Assembly: GCA_964342815.1 (NCBI GenBank)
Contig: CAYFHS010000019.1
Span: 10,285 to 74,284, forward strand
DNA length: 64,000 nt
Source: an uncultured archaeon
Lineage (GTDB): Archaea; Thermoplasmatota; Penumbrarchaeia; JASLWR01
Direction of reading: 5' to 3'
In this document: positions 25,166-34,600 of the stretch, piece after piece
Position numbering within the stretch: position 1 is the stretch's first letter
How the letters are laid out: each line of letters opens with the position of its first letter
Made by a program: the position numbers and the translations under genes
The notes under the pieces: model-generated
Told to the model about the DNA's origin: nothing
Seen by the model: the letters and a program-made list of their open reading frames with translations, nothing else
The model's database searches: none

Positions 25166-27952
25166 ATGGCTGTAGTATCCGAGAAACCAAATAGAAAGAC
25201 TCTAAACATCGATGGTATGAAAACCTTGATAATAGTTGCATCGTTGATATTATCGGCCATAGGAATACTTGCCGTATTTTCTCCGTTACTGGCGGAGCCG
25301 GGCACACGAACCGTGCATCCTCCCGGAAAACCATCTAATCCTATGCCTGCAAACGATGAGAAAGGGATTACGGGCAGCACCATCTCCTTATCATGGTCCC
25401 CAAGTCCGGCCTACCGAGGCGATCACTTGGCCATAACGGACAACTGGTTAAAAATATCGACACAGGGTCCCTGTAACAGCGATGGTGCCACAGCGAACGT
25501 GTTCAATGGAGCGTTAGGACCTTCATCCAGCTACCAGATATCCGGCTCTGCAGTGAAAATGGGTACTACCTACTACTGGGCAGTCAAGAACCAGGACGAG
25601 GACGGCTGGAGTCCCTATTCCAATTGGAAGTTCTCCACCAACGCACTTCCCGTGGCTTCGATCACCTCCATTACTCCATCCCAGGCAAGAGAGGGACAGG
25701 AAGTTCTTTTCGTCGGGGAAGGTGCCGATAATATCGATAATGACGACATCACCGCTTACAAATGGGAATCCAATATCGATGGAGAGCTCAGCGCGGAGAA
25801 GAGCTTTTCCAGTCTGGATCTTGATAAAATGTTAACCCCTGAAGTCCACAAGATCACCTTTCAGGTCCAGGATAGTAACGAGCTGTGGTCGGAGATAACC
25901 TCCCAGTGCAAACGAAATCTTGAAATCACGGTCAACACACCTCCGAGCAAACCCACTGCTCTCGAGGTGGACGGAGATTCCGTGATCGATGATGGTGAGC
26001 TGTCGACCCACAAGCTTTCACCAAGGATCAAATGGAGGGCTTCAACAGACCCGGACCCAGAAGATTCCGTGACTTATTTTATCAGCATCAGCGCTCAGCG
26101 AACTTACGAGCGGTCGATCGCAGACGACGAACAGGTCAACGTGCCGGAATACCCAGTGCCGTCAGTGCTATCCTATGGGACTCTGGATAGCTATACCAAC
26201 ACAATGACCAATACATACTATCTGGAAATATATTCGTCCGACGGCTACAAGAAATCAGAAATTAAAACCGAGGAGTTCAAGGTGGTCAACCATCCGCCGG
26301 ATGAACCGATTATCGAGATAGAACCTTCAGCCCCCACCAGCAGCGACTACATATTATGCCACATTGGAGAGGAAACGGCTTCGGAAGACATGGATGGCGA
26401 CAAGGTCCAGTACACTTACAATTGGTACAAGAACGACAAGTTTCAGGATAAACTCTCCGGCAAGGGGATCGACTATGCCGGGATCGATAAGAAAGAAACG
26501 AATCATTTTGACTCGTGGAAAGTGAGGGTGACTCCCAGCGACGGATTCATCGACGGTGAAAGCGCAGAGATGGAGATAGTCATCGGGAACGAGCCCCCGG
26601 TGGCAAGGATCACCAATCCATACAAGATATCCGGCGGCCCCATATATCTCGAAGACGCATTCTATACTATCGAGGAAATAAGTTTCGACGGTACTGGCAC
26701 TACCGAGCCGGACAACGACCCCATTGTGGAATACCTGTGGACATCCAACATCTCGGGGCAGTTGGGCAAAGGAGATTCCCTGAAGCGTAAACTCGAAAAA
26801 CCAGGTCATCATCTCATTACGCTGAAGGTTACTGATCAGCAAGGCGCCAGCAGTAACGCCACAGTGTTGATCCAGGTGGTAGAGCCTCCCAAACCGGTCC
26901 TAACACCCGAATTCATCGTGGAATCCACGGGTCCCTTCAAAAAGGGAGACAAGGTGGGACCTATAACCATTATGATACACAACCGCGGTACCGACATGGC
27001 TAACAGCCTTACCATAAGCATTACCAATAACGGCCTGAAAGCGGCTACAATACCGGCGCGCACCGGTGTATCGATTGCCCGGAATATGACATATCCGTTG
27101 GAGATTCCCGAGTACTTGATCAGGACTGATATCGTAAAGCTGGAGGTGAAGATCGTTGGGAACAACAGTTTCGGCGTTCCTTTATCCGAGAGCCGAGGCG
27201 AGTTGAACTATACCAGGAACGTCTGGTCTCCTGTTATCAGCGGTTCGGGAAGCGGTGGGGAAACCGGATCCAAGGGAGCCCTGATCGATAACTGGGTCTG
27301 GATAGTACTGGGTGTCCTGGTTCTCTTCCTGATAGTGGCGATTATTGTTTTCATATTAATTCGATACAGGGAAAAGGAAGAGGAGTATGAGGACCAACCG
27401 GTACCCACCAGCGTTGGATTGGATGGACAGGGTCCGGTGGAGGGTTATTCCATCGGTTCGGGTGGTTCAGCTCAACCTTTACCCCCTTTTCCGGGTGCTA
27501 TGCCCCCCCCATCTATGTTCATGCAGCCTCCCTTTGGGCCCATGCCGCATGGAGATCGAGACCCAGGACGTGGAATGATGTTTCCCCCACCCCATCAACT
27601 GGCTTTGCCAGCTGGGCCTGAAGGTTCCCAACCTCCTCGAGGAGTATTGCCCCCGCGTCCCTTTCCTGCTCTTATGCCTCCAATGGGAATGATGCCTGGG
27701 ATCCCGGGTTTTCAGGCAGGTCCCCCTGCCCCATTTTCCATGCATTTCCCTCCACCCCCCTATCGGGATATGGAACCTTCGCGGCCACCTTCCCAATTCC
27801 CTTCCGTTGAAAAACCTGAAATACCGGAAATATTCGCGGAAATTTCACCAAACGATAGGACAAATACGGACTCCCCATCCTGCCCGAACTGCGATGCAGG
27901 GGTTCAGGAAGGTTGGTTGATGTGTCCTCAGTGTAAAAAACGGCTAAGATGA
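25166..27952 (+). CDS. type-I membrane protein: extracellular FN3/PKD-like Ig modules, TM, Pro/Met/Gly-rich cytoplasmic tail and C-terminal zinc ribbon
   Basis: N-terminal anchor (MKTLIIVASLILSAIGILAVF). FN3-like PGKPSNPMPANDEKGITGSTISLSWSPS is followed by several Ig-like modules. The TM helix is at 27293-27361. A low-complexity P/M/G segment spans 27470-27830. The CPNCDAG...CPQCKKRL motif is at 27881-27949. The true start may be the MKTL codon at 25217. Confidence 0.85.
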   Translation: MAVVSEKPNRKTLNIDGMKTLIIVASLILSAIGILAVFSPLLAEPGTRTVHPPGKPSNPMPANDEKGITGSTISLSWSPSPAYRGDHLAITDNWLKISTQGPCNSDGATANVFNGALGPSSSYQISGSAVKMGTTYYWAVKNQDEDGWSPYSNWKFSTNALPVASITSITPSQAREGQEVLFVGEGADNIDNDDITAYKWESNIDGELSAEKSFSSLDLDKMLTPEVHKITFQVQDSNELWSEITSQCKRNLEITVNTPPSKPTALEVDGDSVIDDGELSTHKLSPRIKWRASTDPDPEDSVTYFISISAQRTYERSIADDEQVNVPEYPVPSVLSYGTLDSYTNTMTNTYYLEIYSSDGYKKSEIKTEEFKVVNHPPDEPIIEIEPSAPTSSDYILCHIGEETASEDMDGDKVQYTYNWYKNDKFQDKLSGKGIDYAGIDKKETNHFDSWKVRVTPSDGFIDGESAEMEIVIGNEPPVARITNPYKISGGPIYLEDAFYTIEEISFDGTGTTEPDNDPIVEYLWTSNISGQLGKGDSLKRKLEKPGHHLITLKVTDQQGASSNATVLIQVVEPPKPVLTPEFIVESTGPFKKGDKVGPITIMIHNRGTDMANSLTISITNNGLKAATIPARTGVSIARNMTYPLEIPEYLIRTDIVKLEVKIVGNNSFGVPLSESRGELNYTRNVWSPVISGSGSGGETGSKGALIDNWVWIVLGVLVLFLIVAIIVFILIRYREKEEEYEDQPVPTSVGLDGQGPVEGYSIGSGGSAQPLPPFPGAMPPPSMFMQPPFGPMPHGDRDPGRGMMFPPPHQLALPAGPEGSQPPRGVLPPRPFPALMPPMGMMPGIPGFQAGPPAPFSMHFPPPPYRDMEPSRPPSQFPSVEKPEIPEIFAEISPNDRTNTDSPSCPNCDAGVQEGWLMCPQCKKRLR

Positions 27953-27999
27953 ATTTGAAAATTCATCGCACTAGGCAATTGAACTCTTGAAGGTCTGTA

Positions 28000-28275
28000 C
28001 TACCAATCCTTATTTTTCTGACCTTTACTCTTTTTAACGATCCATCCTACAATAAAAATGGGGATGAATAGACCAAGGCAGATAATCTCGATCCAGTCCG
28101 AGTCCCAGTAACTGTCTTCCTCGTCATCGTCATCATCACTTCCGGAACGGTAATAAACACCACCACCTGTATTGTAGCTGCTTCCCCCGCTGCTCCCTCC
28201 TTTCGCAGCCGCTATTGGTATGAGTAAGGAAGCCAGAAGAAGTAATACAAATGCCATCGTTACAGTTCTCTTCAT
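28000..28275 (-). CDS. small secreted/anchored protein (signal peptide, Gly/Ser-rich, poly-acidic, C-terminal TM)
   Basis: MKRTVTMAFVLLLLASLLIPIAAAKGG... is followed by SGSDDDDDEEDSYWDSDW and then the TM segment IICLGLFIPIFIVGWIV plus a basic tail. Confidence 0.55.
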   Translation of the reverse strand: MKRTVTMAFVLLLLASLLIPIAAAKGGSSGGSSYNTGGGVYYRSGSDDDDDEEDSYWDSDWIEIICLGLFIPIFIVGWIVKKSKGQKNKDW

Positions 28276-28561
28276 GGGCTGGCTCCGTGTTTGGGATTAT
28301 TAATGTTCATTATCTTTTTGTCTTTATCCGCAGGAAACAGCAGAATACCCCTGTTTTTAAACGAGGGATGAATGCTCCTCCGGTCGTTTCCGAGGATGAT
28401 TCGAAAGATGTGCATCTTTCTTCATCCTCGGCTTGTGAGCCTGCGGATGCAGTTGCATCTTGATGCAACGGAGTGATAACGGGCAAATGTGGGTTGTTCA
28501 TTAAATTTCGTGGTACATTTATAAAAGGATTCTCTCACTTCATCATATAAGGTCCTTCTGG

Positions 28562-29137
28562 TCAAAGTTCTTCATCCTCATCCATTTCATATATGTATTC
28601 TATTACGCTGGTCTTGGCCTCTCTCCGTTTTCTTTCGAGGTACCCGTATACCGAAGCATGCTTGGATCCGGACAGCACCATGTCCACGGCCGTTCGGGAT
28701 ATATCAATACTTACATAGTCCCCAATTATGGCAACCGTGTGACCGTAAATCGATAATTTACAGTCACCCAATTGCTCGATTATACGTTTGGTCTTCCCCT
28801 CTTTTCCTATCATGCGGCCCTTCATCTCTCTTATGCGTTTTGGTTTCTTTCCCGTATACTCTCTAATGTCGACAAGTGCGAAATACAGGTCCCGGTCTAT
28901 TATATCCATGGCCTTTTCAGGACTGAAACCCCTTGCAATGGCCTTCACAACATCCCGCACCTTTAGGGCGAAAAGGGGATCTTTGACATTGGTTTCATCA
29001 AGATCAACAGTCCCTTCCTCCGAATCGATGGTCACTCTGATCCCGGTCTTTCTTTCGATCTCTCGTTTCACCTCACCGTTGGTACCGACAAGTATTGGAA
29101 TCCGCTCATGAGGGATCTTTAGATACAGCATTTTCAT
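28562..29137 (-). CDS. KH-domain RNA-binding protein (archaeal Dim2/Pno1-like, two KH domains)
   Basis: KH motifs are IPILVGTNGEVKREIERKTG and MIGKEGKTKRIIEQLG. The gene lies immediately downstream of the RIO kinase, as in the conserved archaeal aIF1A-Rio-Dim2 cluster. The longest ORF extends to 29185 and overlaps the RIO gene. Confidence 0.85.
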   Translation of the reverse strand: MKMLYLKIPHERIPILVGTNGEVKREIERKTGIRVTIDSEEGTVDLDETNVKDPLFALKVRDVVKAIARGFSPEKAMDIIDRDLYFALVDIREYTGKKPKRIREMKGRMIGKEGKTKRIIEQLGDCKLSIYGHTVAIIGDYVSIDISRTAVDMVLSGSKHASVYGYLERKRREAKTSVIEYIYEMDEDEEL

Positions 29138-29156
29138 CGCCTGATATATTATTGGA

Positions 29157-29960
29157 TCAAATCGAAAATATTTTTTTATCATCACCGGCCATTATATATT
29201 TAACAGCTTTTTTCCAGTCTGTAACAGCTCCTCTTCTTTCGAAAAATCGGGAAATGTTCTTCATATCCCGGAGGAACCATCTTCCCGCTTCGGGATGTTC
29301 TCTTACCACACATTGACCTATGTCAATTATTACCATTCCCCCTTCCTCGGTGAGAAGTATATTGTATTCACTGAGGTCGGCATGGACGAGGAGGGCGTGG
29401 TTGTAAACTTTGAAATATTCCCCGATGATTTTCCTGTAAAGGTCGTCAGGATCTTCCATGATTACGTCTTTCAACATCGGCGCCGCCCCAAATTCATTCC
29501 CTATGTACTCCATCACCAGGATATTTTTTGACACGTGAACCGGCCGGGGCACACGCACATTATTTTTTATCAATCTCGAAAGATTGTTATATTCCTTTTT
29601 TGCCCATACCGAGATCAATTGACGTCTCTTTCGTGGGATGTTCCTGTAACGTGGATTTCCGTCTATGTATTTCAATATATTTTTGAATGTTGCTGTAGAA
29701 GTGCGATATATTTTCACCGCAAGAAATTCCCCGTCCGGGCTCGTTGCACGATAGACGTTCCCCTCCTTGCCAGTGGATATGGGGTGATCTAGGCTTCCTA
29801 TAACCTCATTTGTGATAAGCTTGTAAAGACAAAGAAGGGCGGCATGGTCGAATACCTCGTCGTAGGTCTTCCGTTGATTTGCATCCTTCTTTCTCGATTC
29901 AGATTTGGTATAACCGTCGATCCTTTCTTCAAGGATGTCGTACATTTCTTGAGAAGACAT
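29157..29960 (-). CDS. rio1: RIO-type serine/threonine protein kinase
   Basis: The ATP loop is ISTGKEGNVYRA and the catalytic loop is LVHADLSEYNILL, followed by IIDIGQ. Confidence 0.9.
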   Translation of the reverse strand: MSSQEMYDILEERIDGYTKSESRKKDANQRKTYDEVFDHAALLCLYKLITNEVIGSLDHPISTGKEGNVYRATSPDGEFLAVKIYRTSTATFKNILKYIDGNPRYRNIPRKRRQLISVWAKKEYNNLSRLIKNNVRVPRPVHVSKNILVMEYIGNEFGAAPMLKDVIMEDPDDLYRKIIGEYFKVYNHALLVHADLSEYNILLTEEGGMVIIDIGQCVVREHPEAGRWFLRDMKNISRFFERRGAVTDWKKAVKYIMAGDDKKIFSI

Positions 29961-29997
29961 TCATTCCACCGTTTTAGTGATGGATGGCGGATCAGGC

Positions 29998-30360
29998 CTA
30001 AAATACATCTATGATCTCCGGAAGCTTTCTTTTCTTGGACAGATAATACGCTTGGGTCTTCGTGTATCTGTATGCGACATCGGCTTTGTCGTCCTGAAAC
30101 TCCCATGGTTTGACGATGAGGAGATCTCCCACACGTATCCACATGCGTCGTTTCATCCTGCCAGGGATCCTTGCCATCCTGGATTTCCCGTCCTCGCACA
30201 TGGCAATGAGCCTTGAGCCACCCAACAACTGCTCCGCTACTGCAAAAATCTCGCTTTTCTTTCTGTTCGGCAGTTTTACCCGGATGTACTCCGGTCGCAC
30301 TTCGGTTTTCGGCTTTGCCAGATAAATCCCTCTATTTTTAGTTTCTAATATTAAAAACAA
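29998..30360 (-). CDS. eif1a: translation initiation factor aIF-1A
   Basis: S1-like core: VAEQLLGGSRLIAMCEDGKSRMARIPGRMKRRMWIRVGDLLIVKPWEFQDDKADVAYRY. There is no ATG upstream of the core. The track start is TTG at 30360, and a GTG (VRPEYIRV) about 60 nt downstream is an alternative. Confidence 0.85.
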   Translation of the reverse strand: MFLILETKNRGIYLAKPKTEVRPEYIRVKLPNRKKSEIFAVAEQLLGGSRLIAMCEDGKSRMARIPGRMKRRMWIRVGDLLIVKPWEFQDDKADVAYRYTKTQAYYLSKKRKLPEIIDVF

Positions 30361-30495
30361 AATCTATTCGACATTGTAAAGAGTATATTAGTAGTTTTGG
30401 TCCGGACTATCTCCCTTGCAGCGGCGTGAAGCTGGCACAAGAGCCGCCAGACAAGGATGCAGTATGGAGAATTACTGCAAGTTCGACGGATAATG

Positions 30496-30879
30496 TCATT
30501 CGAATCGGTCTATCCTTTCAAGCAGTTTTCTAGTTTCGGCCATCCGAATCTTGGGCGTTGTCTTTCCATACCACAGTACGAGACGTTTACCTAGTATTCT
30601 TAAAAGCCGCTGCTTGGATATCCTCTTTCCCTTTATCGTGGGTCTCCTCAGAAGTACTCTGCTGCATTTTTCCCAAGGAAGCGATGGGTGTGTGGCCTTT
30701 TCGTCCAGGCGGGGCGACAGTTTGACGTATCTGCTGATAAGGGCGATCTCGGCCGTCGAAGGGGATGGAACTGAATTTAGCTTCGAAACCCTTCTCCCGT
30801 CCTTCCGGGATCTGGTAGCATCGAAATACTGGGGCCATATAACAAGGTAGCCGTCCCTCTTTGAGACCGTGATTATCAC
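30496..30879 (-). CDS. srp19: signal recognition particle protein SRP19
   Basis: The N-terminal signature is LVIWPQYFDATRSRKDGRRV. Confidence 0.8.
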   Translation of the reverse strand: MIITVSKRDGYLVIWPQYFDATRSRKDGRRVSKLNSVPSPSTAEIALISRYVKLSPRLDEKATHPSLPWEKCSRVLLRRPTIKGKRISKQRLLRILGKRLVLWYGKTTPKIRMAETRKLLERIDRFE

Positions 30880-30895
30880 CTATCTATTATGACGA

Positions 30896-31315
30896 TTATT
30901 TCTTCTTCCCTCTTTTCTTGGTCTTATCGCGTTGACCGGTGTATATGGCGTTTATTATGCCGTGCTGCCCGGGTCGTGACGTTACCTTTGCCAGTTTTTC
31001 ACCTTCCACCTCTATTACCGCGCCTTTGGTAATGATGTTCCTTCTAACGTAATGAGGATTGGCCGTGTTTTCCACAACCCCGATGATCCTCAATTTCTCG
31101 GACCGTTTATTCGTCTGATCCACAACGTTGGCCCAGTGGGCTCCCAATAGACGGAGTTTTTTACCGCCTCCCGTTGTTCTGATCCTCTTTTTTCTCTCGT
31201 CTCGTACGAAGGTATGCAGTATTTCTCTGCCTATCTCAGTTTTCCGTTTTTTCCGTAAACTACGGTAACGACCGCCTGTAGGTTTCCTTCTTGATCGCCC
31301 TTGCCAAATTCCCAT
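30896..31315 (-). CDS. rps8e: 30S ribosomal protein S8e
   Basis: MGIWQGRSRRKPTGGRYRSLRKKRKTEIGRE... The ATG at 31315 is more plausible than the upstream track start at 31375. Confidence 0.9.
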   Translation of the reverse strand: MGIWQGRSRRKPTGGRYRSLRKKRKTEIGREILHTFVRDERKKRIRTTGGGKKLRLLGAHWANVVDQTNKRSEKLRIIGVVENTANPHYVRRNIITKGAVIEVEGEKLAKVTSRPGQHGIINAIYTGQRDKTKKRGKKK

Positions 31316-31618
31316 TGCTTTCACCTGCAAGTTTTTCCCAAGAACAATAAATTTCATATTAAAAGGTTGTTGCACGCTTTATTTATAAGGAAAAAGAAAG
31401 GAAATCCTCTTTTTTAGCCATACTCAATCAAGAAAGGGAACCTAATATGTCATGTGAGCGCCAGGAAAAAATCTATACTAATCCTTGTGTCTTGAAAAAA
31501 AATTAATATCTGAAATTCAAAGAACAATATTTCTATAATTTAAACGGGTTTCTCCCCGAGTTCAGTTGATCAGCTTAGGTTACACGAATAAAATAAATTC
31601 ACATCGATGTGAAAAAAA

Positions 31619-34600
31619 ATGACCAAAGCAGTTGTCGTAAAAAAAAATAAAATCCTCGCAGGTATCGACGCCGGCTCAACCACAGCCAAGATATCGATTC
31701 AATCAGCAGAAGGTGAAGTGCTATTCAGTGATTATAGAAGGCATCTTGGTGATATTCCCAAGACCCTGATTGACATAATTATGAGAGCGAAACAGGAAAT
31801 GGGCGACATCGAAATATCTCTAGCCGTTACAGGTTCAGCTGGAATGGGATTAGCCGAGCGCATGGGTTTCCCTTTCGTTCAAGAGGTGGTTGCAACAGCC
31901 AGCTACATCAGGAAATATCATCCCGAAGTAAGAACCCTTATCGACATTGGGGGGGAGGATTCCAAGATAATATTGTTCGATGCGGAGGGAAGGCCCGATA
32001 TGCGAATGAACGGGAACTGCGCTGGCGGAACGGGTTCCTTCATTGATCAGATGGCCTCACTTCTAAATGTAGAGATAGGGGAGATGAACGATCTGGCGGA
32101 GGAATCGGGAACTGTTCAGACTATAGCTTCGAGATGTGGTGTTTTCGCCAAGACCGACGTACAGAACCTGCTTTCCCGGAGAATATCCAAGGAAGATATC
32201 TCGGCCTCCATCTTTCATGCTGTAGCGGTCCAGGCTGTCTCTACCCTTGCCAGGGGTTACGATCCGGGACCGAAGGTAATGTTCTGCGGCGGTCCATTAA
32301 CATTTCTTCCAATGCTCAAGAAAGCCTTCCTTGATTTTCTCGGTTTTACAGAAGAGGACGAACTTATTCCTGAAAATCCCCTGTTCATTCCTGCCATGGG
32401 AACTGCGTTATACAAAGAGACCCCTCACCTTGAAATCAAATTATCCGAACTGGGTGCTGTTATAAAGGCGGCTTCCGAGATTGACAACAAGGTGGAAGGG
32501 CGCCTTGACCCCCTCTTCACCGATGAATCTGAATTCATGGATTGGAATGCGGCAAGAATGGTGGAGATCGGGGAGAACACCGACATCTCGACCCTGAACA
32601 ATAAAAATTGCTTTTTGGGTATTGATTCTGGTAGTACGACCACCAAGATAGTGATCATCGATGAGAGGAGCCGATTGGCCTTTGGCTATTATGAAGGAAA
32701 CAAAGGAGATCCGGTGGGTGCCGTAATCAAGGGTCTCGAAAAACTTTCCCGGATCTGTGATGATGGTGGGATCGAGCTGAACATCGTAAATTCATGCGTC
32801 ACCGGTTATGGGGAGGACCTAATAAAGGCAGCGTTTTCCGTTGATATGGGGATAGTGGAAACCCTTGGACACTTCAGGGCAGCGTCCAAATTTATAAAGG
32901 GCGTTTCATTTATATTAGATATCGGCGGCCAGGACATGAAGGCCATATTCATCGAGAACGGCGTCATTACGGATATCGAGATCAATGAAGCATGTTCTTC
33001 GGGTTGCGGCTCATTCATTGAGACCTTTGCAAGGTCTCTAGGTTACGAAGTGGAAGAGTTCGCGAGAAGAGCGGCGTATTCCAAGGCTCCGTCGGACCTA
33101 GGGACTAGATGCACGGTCTTTATGAATTCCAAGGTGAAGCAGTCCTTCAGGGAAGGGGCGACGGTTGAGGATATCTCTGCCGGGCTTGCTTTCTCGGTGA
33201 TCAAGAACTGTCTTTATAAGGTGTTGAAAATAAAGGATACTTCAGTTCTGGGTGAAAAAATTGTGGTGCAGGGCGGTACCTTCCGTAATCCAGCGGTCCA
33301 CAGGGCATTGGAGCTTATTCTTGGGCAAAAAGTTGTCTGCTCTTCTGCTCCCGAACTTATGGGTGCGTACGGGGCTGCCCTAAAAGCTCTGGACCGGTGG
33401 AAGGAAGATTCCAGCATGATTTCCACTTTCGTGGGGATGAAGGGTATCGATGGGGCGCGAACGTGCGAGGCAAAACACGTTAGATGCAAGGGATGCGAGA
33501 ACCGCTGTACCGTTACAATGCTGAAATTCGATCCAAAACATTTATTCTATACCGGCAATAAATGCGAGAGATACTTTTCGAACAGGGGGGCGGATCACAG
33601 GAGGGGTGAGAATCTGCTGGCGTACAAATTGGATCTTCTGTTCGGCATCCAAAAAGAACCGGAGGGAGAGCCTCTGGCAACTGTGGGTATTCCCCGCGTG
33701 CTCAACATGTTCGAAAATTATCCTTTCTGGCACACTCTTTTTGTGGAATCTGGTATCAAAGTGGTTCTTTCACCTCCCTCCGAACAAAAGATATTGGAAT
33801 TGGGCGCCCGGACGGTGATGTCGGAGAACATATGTTTTCCTGCGAAGTTGACGAACGGGCATATATTCGCCCTCGCGCAGATGGGCGTGGACCGAATATT
33901 CTACCCGATGGTTGTGTTCGAGGAACAGGAGTACGACGATTCTCTGAACCAGTTCAACTGTCCCATCGTGACCAGTTATCCTGACGTGATAAGGAATGCC
34001 ATAATGCCAGATGTGAAATTCGGCATACCCTTCGATACACCACCGGTCTCCTTCGGGAGCATGAAACTACTCAAGGCCGTATGCTGGAAATACCTTAAGG
34101 GATTGGGAGTAAGGAAAAAAAGTTTCGAGAGAGCCTTTCGTGAAGCCTTAACGGCAAAACGGGAGTTCAAGGAGAAGCTGCGAAAACGCAGTTCCGAGAT
34201 AATTGATAAGGCGCGGAAGGAGGGACGGATGGTTGTGCTGCTTCTGGGAAGACCGTATCATCTGGATCAGTTCATCAATAAGAAGGTACCTGAAATGATC
34301 GCCGACCTTGGTGTCGATGTAATAAGCGAGGATTCGATCCCTTCTGACAGCGGTAAAGGATTGGATGATGTGGATGTGCTTACCCAGTGGGAATATCCGA
34401 ACCGAATATATGCTGCTGCAAGATGGGCGGTCACAAAGCCGGGTGTCGAGGTTGTTCAGCTTAATTCTTTCGGCTGCGGGCCGGACGCCCTGATATGTGA
34501 CGAGGCCAAGACGATACTGGGGCGAAAAGGGAAAACCCATACGCTCATCAGGATAGACGAGGTTTCGAGTCCGGGCTCCATTAAGCTAAGGCTGCGTTCA

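Noticed and set aside
28310-28501. A 63-codon minus-strand ORF with a TTTATAAA box about 25 nt upstream (28520-28530), considered as a possible leaderless small gene.
   Set aside because: The peptide has no TM segment, motif or convincing composition, and the TATA-like sequence is palindromic and could be fortuitous. The evidence is insufficient to call it a gene.
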